64,000 bases of DNA from Dehalococcoidia bacterium. GTDB taxonomy: Bacteria; Chloroflexota; Dehalococcoidia; Dehalococcoidales; Fen-1064. The position numbers and the translations under genes were made by a program. The stretch lies in contig DUEV01000006.1 of NCBI GenBank assembly GCA_011170375.1, positions 89,255-153,254 of the forward strand, written 5' to 3'. The notes beneath the pieces were generated by a model, which worked only from the letters and a program-made list of their open reading frames with translations, did not search any database and was not told the origin of the DNA. Positions 9,858 to 19,810 of this stretch are shown here, piece by piece (position 1 is the first letter of the stretch; every line of letters starts with the position of its first letter).

Positions 9858-10728
9858 GCTTTTGTTTCCTGATGTTCCCGCCTGATTATAGCATATCGCT
9901 GGCTGGTTGAACGAGAAGCGAACACAACGGAAGTGATAACCAGGTATCTGTATGTTCAAGATTTTACAGGCTTCTACCGATAACTTGCATCATCGACAGT
10001 CACCCGGAAAAATTCACCGTCTGACTATTTAAATCATTGTCTCTGAGAATAGATGTTTACTTTATACACGGTAAACTCATAAATAATATCATGCAGTAAT
10101 GTTAGAAAAATCGTTTTTCTACTTCGGTGTGATAGCAAGTCGCATAGACCAATAACTTGTTGAGTTGAAGTTTACGTACTACTCATGCTAGACCACGCTC
10201 GGATTCTTGGTAGAATACTTACGGTATGCCGCATAGATCTATTTATCCTTAATCTCTAGTCCTTTCACCTTTCCCTAACAATTAGTCATAATGTGAAATT
10301 TCAAGAAATAGCTAAGTTATCAATCCCTGTCAGGCAGTTAGACTCAAGACTTTTTCGTTTGATTTCAGCATAGGACAATAATCGCTAGCGTTATATTTGA
10401 AATCCTAGCTAGATTATCTCCTCTTTCCAGAATTGGAGACCGTAATCAGTTTTTAAGGCTGCCTTACATCTTTACACCCACCATTTTAAAATGAGGTTTT
10501 GTATTTTAGGGAATTAATTACATCCCTTTTCTCTCGACAGGTAGCGCATTTCTCAGGCCGCCTAAAAGTGCGTTAAAGGCACCAAGATATATTCCGGACT
10601 CTAACGAATGCTTGAATATCATTAGGTAGAAGCGTAATATTACCGTTACAGCTTGTGTCAGTAATTATTAGCTGATTGAGGCAACCCTAATTTACGGTTA
10701 CTGACAAGCAAGACAAGGAGGGTGAATT

Positions 10729-12585
10729 ATGGCAAGAGGCTATATGGGAAAGATGCTGATGGTGGATCTTTCCAAAAATGAGCTAAGAGATGAGCCACTC
10801 GATGACAAGTTTTGTCGCCAATTCATTGGAGGTTATGGCATTGGCGTTAGGATACTCTTCAGCCGACAAAAGGCTGGTGTCGATCCGCTAGGCCCAGATA
10901 ATACCTTCGGCATTCTTACTGGTCCATTTACTGGTACTGCAGCACTCTCAGGTACGAGACACACGGTGGTGGGAAAATCACCTCTGACGGGAGGTTGGGG
11001 TGATGCCAATTCAGGTGGTTATTTCGGTTCTGGTATGAAGTTCGCTGGCTATGACGCGGTGTTCTTTGCTGGCACATCTGAAAAGCCGGTATATCTCTTT
11101 ATTAATAATGGCAAGGCTGAGCTGAAAGACGCTACTCGCCTGTGGGGGAAGGATACTTACCAAACCCAAGACATACTTAAATCTGAATTGGGCAAGAATA
11201 TAGAAGTAGCCTGTATTGGCCAATCAGGAGAGAACCTCTCTCTAATCTCCGCAGTTGTGAGCAGGAGTAGAACCGCCGCTCGTTCGGGATTGGGCGCCGT
11301 GATGGGTTCAAAGAGGCTTAAAGCAGTAGTGGTGAAGGGCAACATGAAAGTCCCTGTTGCCGATGAAGAAAGGACAAGGAAGCTGAGAAGAAAATACCTC
11401 GGTCAACTGGGAGGGCATATTGTCTGGTTAAAGCCAATAGGCACGCCGTTCCTCACCGTCCCAGGCGTTCAGGATGGTGATTCACCAGTTAAGAACTGGG
11501 GGGGGGTGGGGGTTATTGACTTTCCTAACTCTGAACCTATTGGAGCCGACGCTGTGATTGAGCGCAGGTCAAAGAGGTTTGCCTGTTACCTGTGCCCCAT
11601 TGGATGTGGAGGGTACATGAAGGCAGGAACCGGAGAGTACAAATATAAGGCGGGCGCTCGTAGACCTGAGTATGAGACAATTGCTATGTTTGGCACCAAT
11701 TGCCTTAATAACAACCTTGAATCGATAATTAAAGCAAACGATATTTGCGACCGCCATGGACTCGACACCATTTCTACTGGAGCTACTATTGCCTTCGCTA
11801 TTGAATGCTTTGAGAACGGGCTTATTTCCAAGACAGACACTGACGGTATTGAGATGACGTGGGGCAATCATAGAGCTATCGTGGCTATGACGGAAAAGCT
11901 AGCTACGAGAGAGGGTTTCGGTGCTGTGTTAGCCGATGGAGTGAAGGTGGCGGCAGAGAAAATCGGTAAGGGCGCCGACAAATACGCCATGCATATTCAA
12001 GGGCAGGAGCTACCGGCACATGACCCGAAGGGAGCGTTTTTCTACGCAACTGGCTACAGACTGGACCCTACTCCGGGTCGTCACTTTGTAGGCTCAGAAT
12101 TGTCAATGGGACCAGAACATCCCAAAGGACTACTACCCCGATTCGACCATGGATCGTTTGCCGGAAGAGGAGAAGCACGCAAGATAGGTGGCAACTTCCA
12201 CCATGCCCTAGTTTGTGCCGGTATGTGCCTTTTCGTGTACTGGGCTTATCCTAATGTTGAGCCCATAGCCGAGTTCATGAGGGCGGTTACTGGTTGGGAC
12301 ATAACTAATGACGAGCTGCTCAGAACCGGTGAGAGAATTTCTAATATCCGTCAGGCTTTCAATATCCGCGAAGGGTTGAACCCGATGGAGTTCAAAGTCC
12401 CCGACAGGGTGCTTGGCCAACCGCCGCATACAGAGGGCCCTCTCGCCGGGGTAACCATTGATGAAAAGACACTGGATAAAGAGTATCTGGCCGCAATGGA
12501 CTGGGACCTGAAGACAGCAAAACCGAGTAAAAAGAAACTTCTCGAACTAGACCTAGCAGATGTGGCCCAGGAACTCTGGCCTTAG
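10729..12585 (+). CDS. Aldehyde:ferredoxin oxidoreductase (tungsten AOR family)
   Basis: GYMGKML, KSPLTGGWGDANSGG, AARSGLGAVMGSKRLKAV, CYLCPIGC, PEYET, GLDTIS. Confidence 0.95.
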   Translation: MARGYMGKMLMVDLSKNELRDEPLDDKFCRQFIGGYGIGVRILFSRQKAGVDPLGPDNTFGILTGPFTGTAALSGTRHTVVGKSPLTGGWGDANSGGYFGSGMKFAGYDAVFFAGTSEKPVYLFINNGKAELKDATRLWGKDTYQTQDILKSELGKNIEVACIGQSGENLSLISAVVSRSRTAARSGLGAVMGSKRLKAVVVKGNMKVPVADEERTRKLRRKYLGQLGGHIVWLKPIGTPFLTVPGVQDGDSPVKNWGGVGVIDFPNSEPIGADAVIERRSKRFACYLCPIGCGGYMKAGTGEYKYKAGARRPEYETIAMFGTNCLNNNLESIIKANDICDRHGLDTISTGATIAFAIECFENGLISKTDTDGIEMTWGNHRAIVAMTEKLATREGFGAVLADGVKVAAEKIGKGADKYAMHIQGQELPAHDPKGAFFYATGYRLDPTPGRHFVGSELSMGPEHPKGLLPRFDHGSFAGRGEARKIGGNFHHALVCAGMCLFVYWAYPNVEPIAEFMRAVTGWDITNDELLRTGERISNIRQAFNIREGLNPMEFKVPDRVLGQPPHTEGPLAGVTIDEKTLDKEYLAAMDWDLKTAKPSKKKLLELDLADVAQELWP

Positions 12586-12686
12586 AATAAGACAATTTAG
12601 GCAGGTGCCAGTGAGACAGCATCATATAATCACGGCCTTACTAGCCCCTTTGATTGTTCGCCCGGGTGAAAAAATTAGTGCAACAT

Positions 12687-13454
12687 CTATAACATAAGGT
12701 GCCCGCCATTTATGAAGATGAGCTGACCCGTGATGAAATCAGACTCTTGTGAGGCCAAAAATACCGCGGTTCCAACGATGTCTGCTGGCTCTTCACGCCG
12801 TCTTATATATTGTGCTGCGATAACACTCTCAAATAATTGCTCACTCCCACTCTGGCTTAAACTAGCTTCCGTCGCTGTATACCCGGGAGCAATAGCATTT
12901 ACATTAATGCCTGATGGTCCCAGAGCTGCGGCCAAAGAATGAGTCATCGTATAAACCGCCACTTTACTTAAGGCATAAGCTAAAAAGTATTGGGAATCTG
13001 GCGATCTAATAATATCAGAAGTGATGTTGATAATCTTGCCACTAGACCGCTTTGTCATTAGTGGTGCTACTGCCTTACAACACAACCAAGTTCCGCGCAC
13101 ATTGACTGCAAATATCCGGTCCCATTCTTCCACTGTCCAAGTATCCCACGGTTTGGCTTCTATTCCATAGTAAATAGCAGCATTATTAAGGAGAATATCT
13201 ACCTTGCCATAGTGCTGCACAACCTCTTCCGCCATCTTTGTGGTAGCGTTTTCATCTGAGATGTCAGTCTCTACAGCCACGGCTTCTCCACCCTTAGCCC
13301 TTATCTCATCAGCCACACCTTCAGCCCTTTGCAGACTGATATCAGGTAAAAATAACCTGGCACCTTCATCGGCATACCTTAAAGCGAACGCCCGACCAAG
13401 ACCACGGCCAGCTCCAGTTATGATAGCCACTTTGTCCTTTAATAATGGTGACAT
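12687..13454 (-). CDS. Short-chain dehydrogenase/reductase
   Basis: TGAGRGLG, NNA, YALSK (YxxxK), NAIAPG. Confidence 0.95.
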   Translation of the reverse strand: MSPLLKDKVAIITGAGRGLGRAFALRYADEGARLFLPDISLQRAEGVADEIRAKGGEAVAVETDISDENATTKMAEEVVQHYGKVDILLNNAAIYYGIEAKPWDTWTVEEWDRIFAVNVRGTWLCCKAVAPLMTKRSSGKIINITSDIIRSPDSQYFLAYALSKVAVYTMTHSLAAALGPSGINVNAIAPGYTATEASLSQSGSEQLFESVIAAQYIRRREEPADIVGTAVFLASQESDFITGQLIFINGGHLML

Positions 13455-13487
13455 ATCTCCCCCCTTTCAATATCTGCTTGCCATATC

Positions 13488-14036
13488 CTATACCGGTAAG
13501 TTAAGATTTCCTTTTTCAAACTCATCTAATATAATCTCAGTAGACCACCTAGCAGTTTGCATGATCGTGCACCCTTCGGTTATTCCTAGAAACTCCTGAC
13601 TCATATCATCACGTGTCAGATCCCAGGCTCTTCCAAAGAATTTTCTCTGCACGTCCTTACAAAGTATAGATGAATATTCCTTGTAATATTTATCCAGAAT
13701 AGTGTTCCTAATGGTGACACAGCCATCACGCATGACGCGATCGTCCTGGGATTCCCGCGAAATCCCCAACGCCAGACCAATTGCGAGGACAGCGCTGTTT
13801 ACAGCACCACAGGTGCCCTCTCCAGTCATGGCAACACCGGCGGTCATAACACATATCCCAGAAAATAGTCTATCTTCCATATCCTCTGGGATGAGTTCCA
13901 AGCCCCCCCATCTCAGAGCATCGATTATAGCCAGAAACGTACACTGACCGCAGCCCTTATATTTAGCCTCGTATTCCACTCCCAGTTCCTCTGCTTTATT
14001 TATTATTTCCTCTTTTGTCCTCTTGATTTCAACCAT
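13488..14036 (-). CDS. C-GCAxxG-C-C family putative redox-active protein
   Basis: GCGQC, GTCGAV, SILCKDVQ, terminal GC. Confidence 0.8.
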   Translation of the reverse strand: MVEIKRTKEEIINKAEELGVEYEAKYKGCGQCTFLAIIDALRWGGLELIPEDMEDRLFSGICVMTAGVAMTGEGTCGAVNSAVLAIGLALGISRESQDDRVMRDGCVTIRNTILDKYYKEYSSILCKDVQRKFFGRAWDLTRDDMSQEFLGITEGCTIMQTARWSTEIILDEFEKGNLNLPV

Positions 14037-14343
14037 AATTAGCCCCCTTGTTTTCTGCCCTGCGCTCCAGCGATTATACTACATTAATATATCAAATACA
14101 TTATAGAATTGGTTAAACAATCTCAAAACTACACATTGCAATTCTATACATGTCGTGATAGAGTTATGAAGCTTATAAAAGAGGGTGTTTAAATACCAAT
14201 TCTCAATCAGATCTAGTTTCGCTGACTCGTTCTTACTATAGTTGTTTGAAGGCTAGAATCAGAAGATTTATTAGTAACAAGAAGGAGGTGAGAAACAAGA
14301 TAAGAGACCTTGGTTAAGCACTCTGTTTAAAAGGAGGCTACCA

Positions 14344-15606
14344 GTGAGAAGGAAATTATTAATTCTCATGGTTAGTTGCACGATGGTCCTGGCGTTGGCA
14401 GCACCGCTTTTTGCCGCAGGCTGTGACGAAGCAGAACCGGAGAAAGAAGTAATCGTTTTCGGAGCGGCCAGACCTCTCACAGGCCCATTCGCTGTCTATG
14501 AAGAAATGGCATTCGGGCCGATCTACAAGATGTGGGTTGATGAGGTTAATGCCAGAGGCGGGCTATATATCGAAGAGTACGGCAAGAGATTGCCGATAGA
14601 GCTCAAGATATATGACGACGGCAGCGATATGGGCACAATGACATCGATGTTGGAGAGACTAATCCTAGAGGATGAGGTTGACTTTATCTTACCTCCTGCC
14701 AGTACCGCCTTCCTCTTTGCCGCTGCCCCAATAGCCAATAAGCACGGCTATATATTAATGGGAGCTGAAGGTGGCGGGACCACCCTCACGCCACTACTGC
14801 CCAGTTTACCCTACTACTTCGGTGTCCTGAATTACTCCGACCACTACCAGATGCCGGTCCTGGCCGATATTCTTTCCGACGCTGGTATAGAGACAGCGGC
14901 GATAATGTACCTTGAAGACCTCCACGGTGTGGAATATAGCGGTGTAGCTGGTATTGAGTTAACCAATGCTGGTATCGATATCGTCATGACCAAGAGCGTG
15001 CCGCTGGGGGTTATGGATGTATCTTCGATAATTAATCAAGCCAAGACGCTTGGTGCCGAAGCCTTCCTCTCTTTCTGCTACCCCGACGAGAACTTCCTGG
15101 CTATTGGTACGGCAATTGCCCTTGATTACAACCCGGACGTCTTCCTGACCGGTCCTGGAGCCAATTTTGCCTTCTTCGCGGGTGTATTCGGTCCTGCGGC
15201 AGAGGGAATAATGGGTTACGGCGCCTGGAACACGAAGAGTTCGGCGGCGTCTGAGGACTTCTACGAAAAATTCATTGCCCTCTATGACCCGGGCTTACTC
15301 GATTGGTGGGGACACAACCTTTACTACGCCGGACTGCAGTTCTTTGAACAGGCTATCGAGGAAGCCGGGACCCTTGACCAGGCAGTAATCAGGGAAGTTA
15401 TGGCAACATCGACATTCGATACAATACTGGGACCTACCTGGTTTGACATGACAGCTGATGGTGAGGGTGGCGGACTTCTGGCTGAAGAGTGCTACACCGG
15501 GCAGGTCGGCCAATGGCAAAACGGCGTATTTGAGGTCGTTGACCCCGGTGCGAATCGCACCGCACCACCTGTTATCCCCAAGCCGGCATGGCCAGCAGAA
15601 GAATAG
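14344..15606 (+). CDS. Branched-chain-amino-acid-type ABC transporter substrate-binding lipoprotein
   Basis: Signal peptide with AAGC lipobox; LivK-like motifs (VNARGGL, YDD, AIEEAGTLD). Confidence 0.9.
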   Translation: MRRKLLILMVSCTMVLALAAPLFAAGCDEAEPEKEVIVFGAARPLTGPFAVYEEMAFGPIYKMWVDEVNARGGLYIEEYGKRLPIELKIYDDGSDMGTMTSMLERLILEDEVDFILPPASTAFLFAAAPIANKHGYILMGAEGGGTTLTPLLPSLPYYFGVLNYSDHYQMPVLADILSDAGIETAAIMYLEDLHGVEYSGVAGIELTNAGIDIVMTKSVPLGVMDVSSIINQAKTLGAEAFLSFCYPDENFLAIGTAIALDYNPDVFLTGPGANFAFFAGVFGPAAEGIMGYGAWNTKSSAASEDFYEKFIALYDPGLLDWWGHNLYYAGLQFFEQAIEEAGTLDQAVIREVMATSTFDTILGPTWFDMTADGEGGGLLAEECYTGQVGQWQNGVFEVVDPGANRTAPPVIPKPAWPAEE

Positions 15607-15640
15607 ATATAAGAATATAGCAGCATTATCATCATAAATA

Positions 15641-15733
15641 GTGGGCAGGCTGTCTAAATGGTGCAGATAGCAACCAAAAAAGGTGGCTATTTTCACCAGA
15701 AGGTCTGCAGTGCCTCTTTCAGGCAGCCTGCCA
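15641..15733. other. Long intergenic stem-loop after the substrate-binding gene
   Basis: gtgggcaggctgtct...aggcagcctgccac outer arms; inner atagcaacc/ggtggctat. Confidence 0.5.
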
Positions 15734-15771
15734 CATCTTGATTGCCGGAACCCGAAAGCTGTTTTATATTT

Positions 15772-16638
15772 ATGGTCGAGTTCTTAAATATATTCATTGG
15801 TGGGTTGATACTGGGTGGCATCTATGCCCTGATTGCTGTGGGGCTCAGCCTGCAGTATGGCGTTGCCCGGGTGCTGAACATATCTCACGGCGAGTTTATC
15901 ATGGTCGGGGCTTTTCTCACCTGGGCAATGTATACTTTCTGGGGACTCAATCCGCTGGCCTCTCTGGCTATTGTCGGCCCCGCTATATTTGTAGTAGGTT
16001 TTGTTCTGCACCGGACATTATTCACTCGTCTAAGGACTTCATCCGCATCGCCGGCTGCCTATGAGGGTGGTTCGCTTATAGCCACTTTCGGGCTGATGTT
16101 CATCATTCAGAATTTGGCCATTATCACCTGGGGCACTGATATAGAAGCGTACTCATTTCTAAATACCGGTGTGTCTATCTTTGGGGCCAGATTTGCTGCC
16201 AACCGCTTGACAATGCTCTTGTTTGCTGCCGGAATATGCGTGGTCTTCTATCTGTTTCTGGCCCGTACTCGCCTAGGTAAAGCGATTAGGGCGGCTGCAC
16301 AGGACCCCGAGACCGCCGGAATGATGGGGGTGAACATCAAACGGGTGCTGGCTCTATGCTTTGGCCTTGGTGCCTTGATGGCCGGTCTGGCTGGCTCATT
16401 ACTGAGTATGTGTTATCCTATTCGAACCACGATGGGTCTGGAATATACCATAATCGCCATCATAGTGGTCGTCCTCGGCGGAATGGGCAGTATTGTCGGT
16501 AGTTTTATCGGTGGTCTCATACTGGGCATGGTCGGCAGCATAGTGCTCTATATCGACCCGAGCCTGTCACTAGTTGCCTATTATTTCATCTTCATACTCC
16601 TGCTGCTAGTAAGACCAACTGGTATTTTGGGTAAGTAG
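15772..16638 (+). CDS. LivH-type ABC permease
   Basis: GGIYALIAVGLSL, NISHGEF, TRLGKAIRA, RPTGILG. Confidence 0.92.
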   Translation: MVEFLNIFIGGLILGGIYALIAVGLSLQYGVARVLNISHGEFIMVGAFLTWAMYTFWGLNPLASLAIVGPAIFVVGFVLHRTLFTRLRTSSASPAAYEGGSLIATFGLMFIIQNLAIITWGTDIEAYSFLNTGVSIFGARFAANRLTMLLFAAGICVVFYLFLARTRLGKAIRAAAQDPETAGMMGVNIKRVLALCFGLGALMAGLAGSLLSMCYPIRTTMGLEYTIIAIIVVVLGGMGSIVGSFIGGLILGMVGSIVLYIDPSLSLVAYYFIFILLLLVRPTGILGK

Positions 16639-16642
16639 AGAA

Positions 16643-17596
16643 ATGAATAGTGTTGCCAGTATTGTGTTAAACAGGTCCTTTCAACTGGGATTACTGGCTG
16701 TAATCCTTATCGCACTGGCTACTCTGCCCTTACACTACCAGGGCTATAACATCGTACGGCTGCTCAATATCTTTATGTTTGTCGTCCTGACGGTAAGTTG
16801 GGTGATTTTTTCTGGCTCTACCGGCTATATGTCACTGGCATCGGCAGCCTTCTTCGGGGTTGGCATTTACACCTCGGCCTTACTCGGTGATAAATTGCCG
16901 ATAGCGGTTGTTGTCGGCATCGGCGCCCTGGTCAGTTCTTGTGTCGCCTTTCTGGTAGGTGCCCTCACACTCAGACTTAGAGGCATATACTTTGCTATCT
17001 TCACCTTCGGCCTTGTTGAGCTCATCAAGCACCTTACCCTCTGGTGGGAGATCAATATGGAGGACAGGCGGGGAAGGCTCGTTGTCTATGTAGAAAACGA
17101 CATTATCTTCTGGGTTATGCTCTCCATTCTTGTGGCAACACTGCTAACTGCCTACTTTATCCGACGCTCCAAGTGGGGATTGGCTTTACAAAGCATTGGT
17201 GAGAATGAAGAAGCTGCCGCCCACATGGGTATAAATGTGACCCTGGTGAAGGTCATCACCTTCGCTGTCAGCGCCCTATTCGTAGGGGCATCCGGGGCAA
17301 TAATAGCGACGAGGTGGACATATATTGACCCCGGCATCGCCTTTAATCCGCTCTATTCGTTTATGCCAGTCCTGATGGCCATCTTCGGCGGTATGGGGCG
17401 GCTCTTAGGCCCGGTGATAGGCGCAATCGCCTTTACTTACCTTAAGGAGGAGTTAGGAACCGAATTTCCCGAGTTGTACATGCTTATTTTCGGTATAATA
17501 CTTATTGTGGCTATATTGTATATGCCCAACGGGCTGGTGGGGTTGATACAAAGGTTGTGGATAAGGGGTTTCAGGAGGCAGGATGCGGATACTTGA
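16643..17596 (+). CDS. LivM-type ABC permease
   Basis: LRLRGIYFAIFT, ENEEAAAHMGIN, GPVIGA, MPNGLVG. Confidence 0.92.
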   Translation: MNSVASIVLNRSFQLGLLAVILIALATLPLHYQGYNIVRLLNIFMFVVLTVSWVIFSGSTGYMSLASAAFFGVGIYTSALLGDKLPIAVVVGIGALVSSCVAFLVGALTLRLRGIYFAIFTFGLVELIKHLTLWWEINMEDRRGRLVVYVENDIIFWVMLSILVATLLTAYFIRRSKWGLALQSIGENEEAAAHMGINVTLVKVITFAVSALFVGASGAIIATRWTYIDPGIAFNPLYSFMPVLMAIFGGMGRLLGPVIGAIAFTYLKEELGTEFPELYMLIFGIILIVAILYMPNGLVGLIQRLWIRGFRRQDADT

Positions 17597-18302
17597 AGGT
17601 GAAGGCGTCAGTAAACATTTCGGCGGCTTGGCCGCACTATCGAATGTCGACTTTCATGTGGATGCGGGTGAAATTGTAGGTTTGATCGGTCCCAATGGTG
17701 CCGGCAAAACTACGTTGTTTAATCTGGTATCAGCAGCCCTTACCACTAAACAGGGGGTAATAAAATTCAAAGGCAGAAAGATTACCGGCCTCAAGCCCCA
17801 CCAGATATGTCGGATGGGGTTGGCCAGAACCTTTCAATCGGTTAAAATTTTCGGTAATATGCCGGCTCTTACCAACGTGTATATCGGTTCTTTATTCGGG
17901 ATTCCAGCCGGGACGCCGTCGGCATATGCTGCCAAGGGGGCTGAGGAACTACTGGAGTTTGTTGGCTTATCAGCATCTAAGGTGACTCCTGCTAAAGACC
18001 TGACACTGGTTAACCAGAAGCGTGTGGAGGTAGCCAGGGCACTGGCCACCAAGCCGGAGTTGTTGCTGCTTGATGAGCTTATGGCAGGCTTGAATCCTAC
18101 TGAAGTAGCCCAGGCTATGGAGTTGGTAACCAAGATTCGGGATAGAGGCATTACTGTCTTTGTAATTGAGCATGTAATGAAAGCAATTATGGGCGTATGT
18201 GACCGAATTATAGTACTCCACCACGGTGAGAAGATTGCCGAAGGAACACCTCAGGAGATTGCCAATAACAGAGCCGTTGTAGAGGTGTATCTGGGAGAAT
18301 AG
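17583..18302 (+). CDS. LivG-type ABC ATPase
   Basis: GPNGAGKTT, LLLLDE, IEHVM, VYLG. Confidence 0.93.
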   Translation: MRILEGEGVSKHFGGLAALSNVDFHVDAGEIVGLIGPNGAGKTTLFNLVSAALTTKQGVIKFKGRKITGLKPHQICRMGLARTFQSVKIFGNMPALTNVYIGSLFGIPAGTPSAYAAKGAEELLEFVGLSASKVTPAKDLTLVNQKRVEVARALATKPELLLLDELMAGLNPTEVAQAMELVTKIRDRGITVFVIEHVMKAIMGVCDRIIVLHHGEKIAEGTPQEIANNRAVVEVYLGE

Positions 18303-18306
18303 GCCA

Positions 18307-19011
18307 ATGCTGGAAGTCAATAATATCAATACCTTTTATGGCAAAGCACAGGCACTATTTGACCTATCCTTAAGAGTCGAAGAGTCAGAAATTTTTGCTC
18401 TGATCGGCTCAAACGGCGCCGGTAAAACTACATTGCTAAATACAATCTCCGGTTTAGTAACACCAGCTTCAGGTAATATAGAGTTCCTCGGTAAGAGAAT
18501 TAACGGTTTAGCACCCCACATCATTGTAGAAATGGGCATTTCTCATGTACCCGAGGGAGGCCGGATTTTCAATGAGATGACGGTGCGTGAGAACCTGGAG
18601 ATGGGTGCCTATTCTTCCCATGCCTGGAAGATCAGGTGGGGAACACTGCAGCAGGTTTACGAGATATTTCCCGTACTGAAGGAAAGGGAGAAACAGTTGG
18701 CCAGAACATTGAGTGGCGGTGAACACCAGATGCTGGCTATGGGGAGGGGTCTGATGTCAAGACCGAAACTGTGTATCCTCGATGAGCCGTCATATGGCCT
18801 GGCACCGAAATATGTCGAGGAGGTCTTCCGTATTATAAATTCGCTGCGTGAGCAGGGAATTACGATTTTACTGATTGAGCAGAATGTCAGGCATACCCTA
18901 GAAACGGCTGACCGGGCCTGTGTGCTTGAAAATGGCCATATTGTTCTGGATGATATCTGTGATAACCTCCTTCAGAGTGACCACGTAAGGAAAGCCTATT
19001 TAGGACTTTAA
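18307..19011 (+). CDS. LivF-type ABC ATPase
   Basis: GSNGAGKTT, LSGGE, LDEPS, IEQN, KAYLG. Confidence 0.93.
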   Translation: MLEVNNINTFYGKAQALFDLSLRVEESEIFALIGSNGAGKTTLLNTISGLVTPASGNIEFLGKRINGLAPHIIVEMGISHVPEGGRIFNEMTVRENLEMGAYSSHAWKIRWGTLQQVYEIFPVLKEREKQLARTLSGGEHQMLAMGRGLMSRPKLCILDEPSYGLAPKYVEEVFRIINSLREQGITILLIEQNVRHTLETADRACVLENGHIVLDDICDNLLQSDHVRKAYLGL

Positions 19012-19142
19012 TTTAGTGATATAATATGTGTCTTAAGTCGAGAGAATTAGTGGGCACCGAATAGGAATTATGACGCATAAAGTTGAAACGCTAATACTAA
19101 CTGATTGAAAAGACCAATACATAGGTTAGGAGGTAAAAGAAA

Positions 19143-19775
19143 ATGGCTGAAGACCTAATTGGGACATTAGCTGACTTAGAAGAAAAAGAGGCTCTAGAAA
19201 TTGTAAATAGAAGGTTAAGTGCTGGTGAAGCCCCTCTCGGTATTCTGGACGATGGCAGGCGTGCCATGGAGATCGTGGGCAAACGTTTTGCAGATGGAGA
19301 GTATTTCATCCCGGATTTGATATACTCGGGTGAAATACTGAAGAGCATTAACGAAATAGTTAAGCCGAAGCTGGCTGAGGCTGGAGAGGTTAAGCACTTA
19401 GGTAAGGTCGTCATAGGCACGGTTGCCGGAGACATTCATGACATTGGCAAAGACATTGTCGTCTTTATGCTTGATGTTAGCGGTTTCGAGGTTTACGACC
19501 TTGGTGTGGATGTCCCGGCACAGAAGTTTATCGACACAATTAAAGAGAGTGGTGCCCCTATAGTTGGCTTAAGCGGTTTTCTGACACTGGCTTATGATTC
19601 GATGAAACAGACCATACAGGCCATGAAGGACGCCAACCTTAGAGACAAAGTCAGGGTAATGATTGGCGGCGGTCAGATTACAAAGGAGATAATGAAATAT
19701 ACCGGTGCTGATGCTTATGGTAGAGATGCCATGGCTGGAGTATCCCTTGCTAAGAAATGGACTGGTACCGAGTAA
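19143..19775 (+). CDS. Corrinoid (B12-binding) methyl-carrier protein
   Basis: Cap domain plus GDIHDIGK (DxHxxG), DLGVDVP, GLSG, MIGGG. Confidence 0.93.
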   Translation: MAEDLIGTLADLEEKEALEIVNRRLSAGEAPLGILDDGRRAMEIVGKRFADGEYFIPDLIYSGEILKSINEIVKPKLAEAGEVKHLGKVVIGTVAGDIHDIGKDIVVFMLDVSGFEVYDLGVDVPAQKFIDTIKESGAPIVGLSGFLTLAYDSMKQTIQAMKDANLRDKVRVMIGGGQITKEIMKYTGADAYGRDAMAGVSLAKKWTGTE

Positions 19776-19810
19776 GAATCCTCAGCAGATAATGTGCAGG
19801 AGGTAATAAT

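Noticed and set aside
11498..11506. G9 tract in the AOR gene as a phase-variation switch
   Set aside because: It is in frame and encodes the ordinary NWGGVG sequence; nothing suggests slippage.
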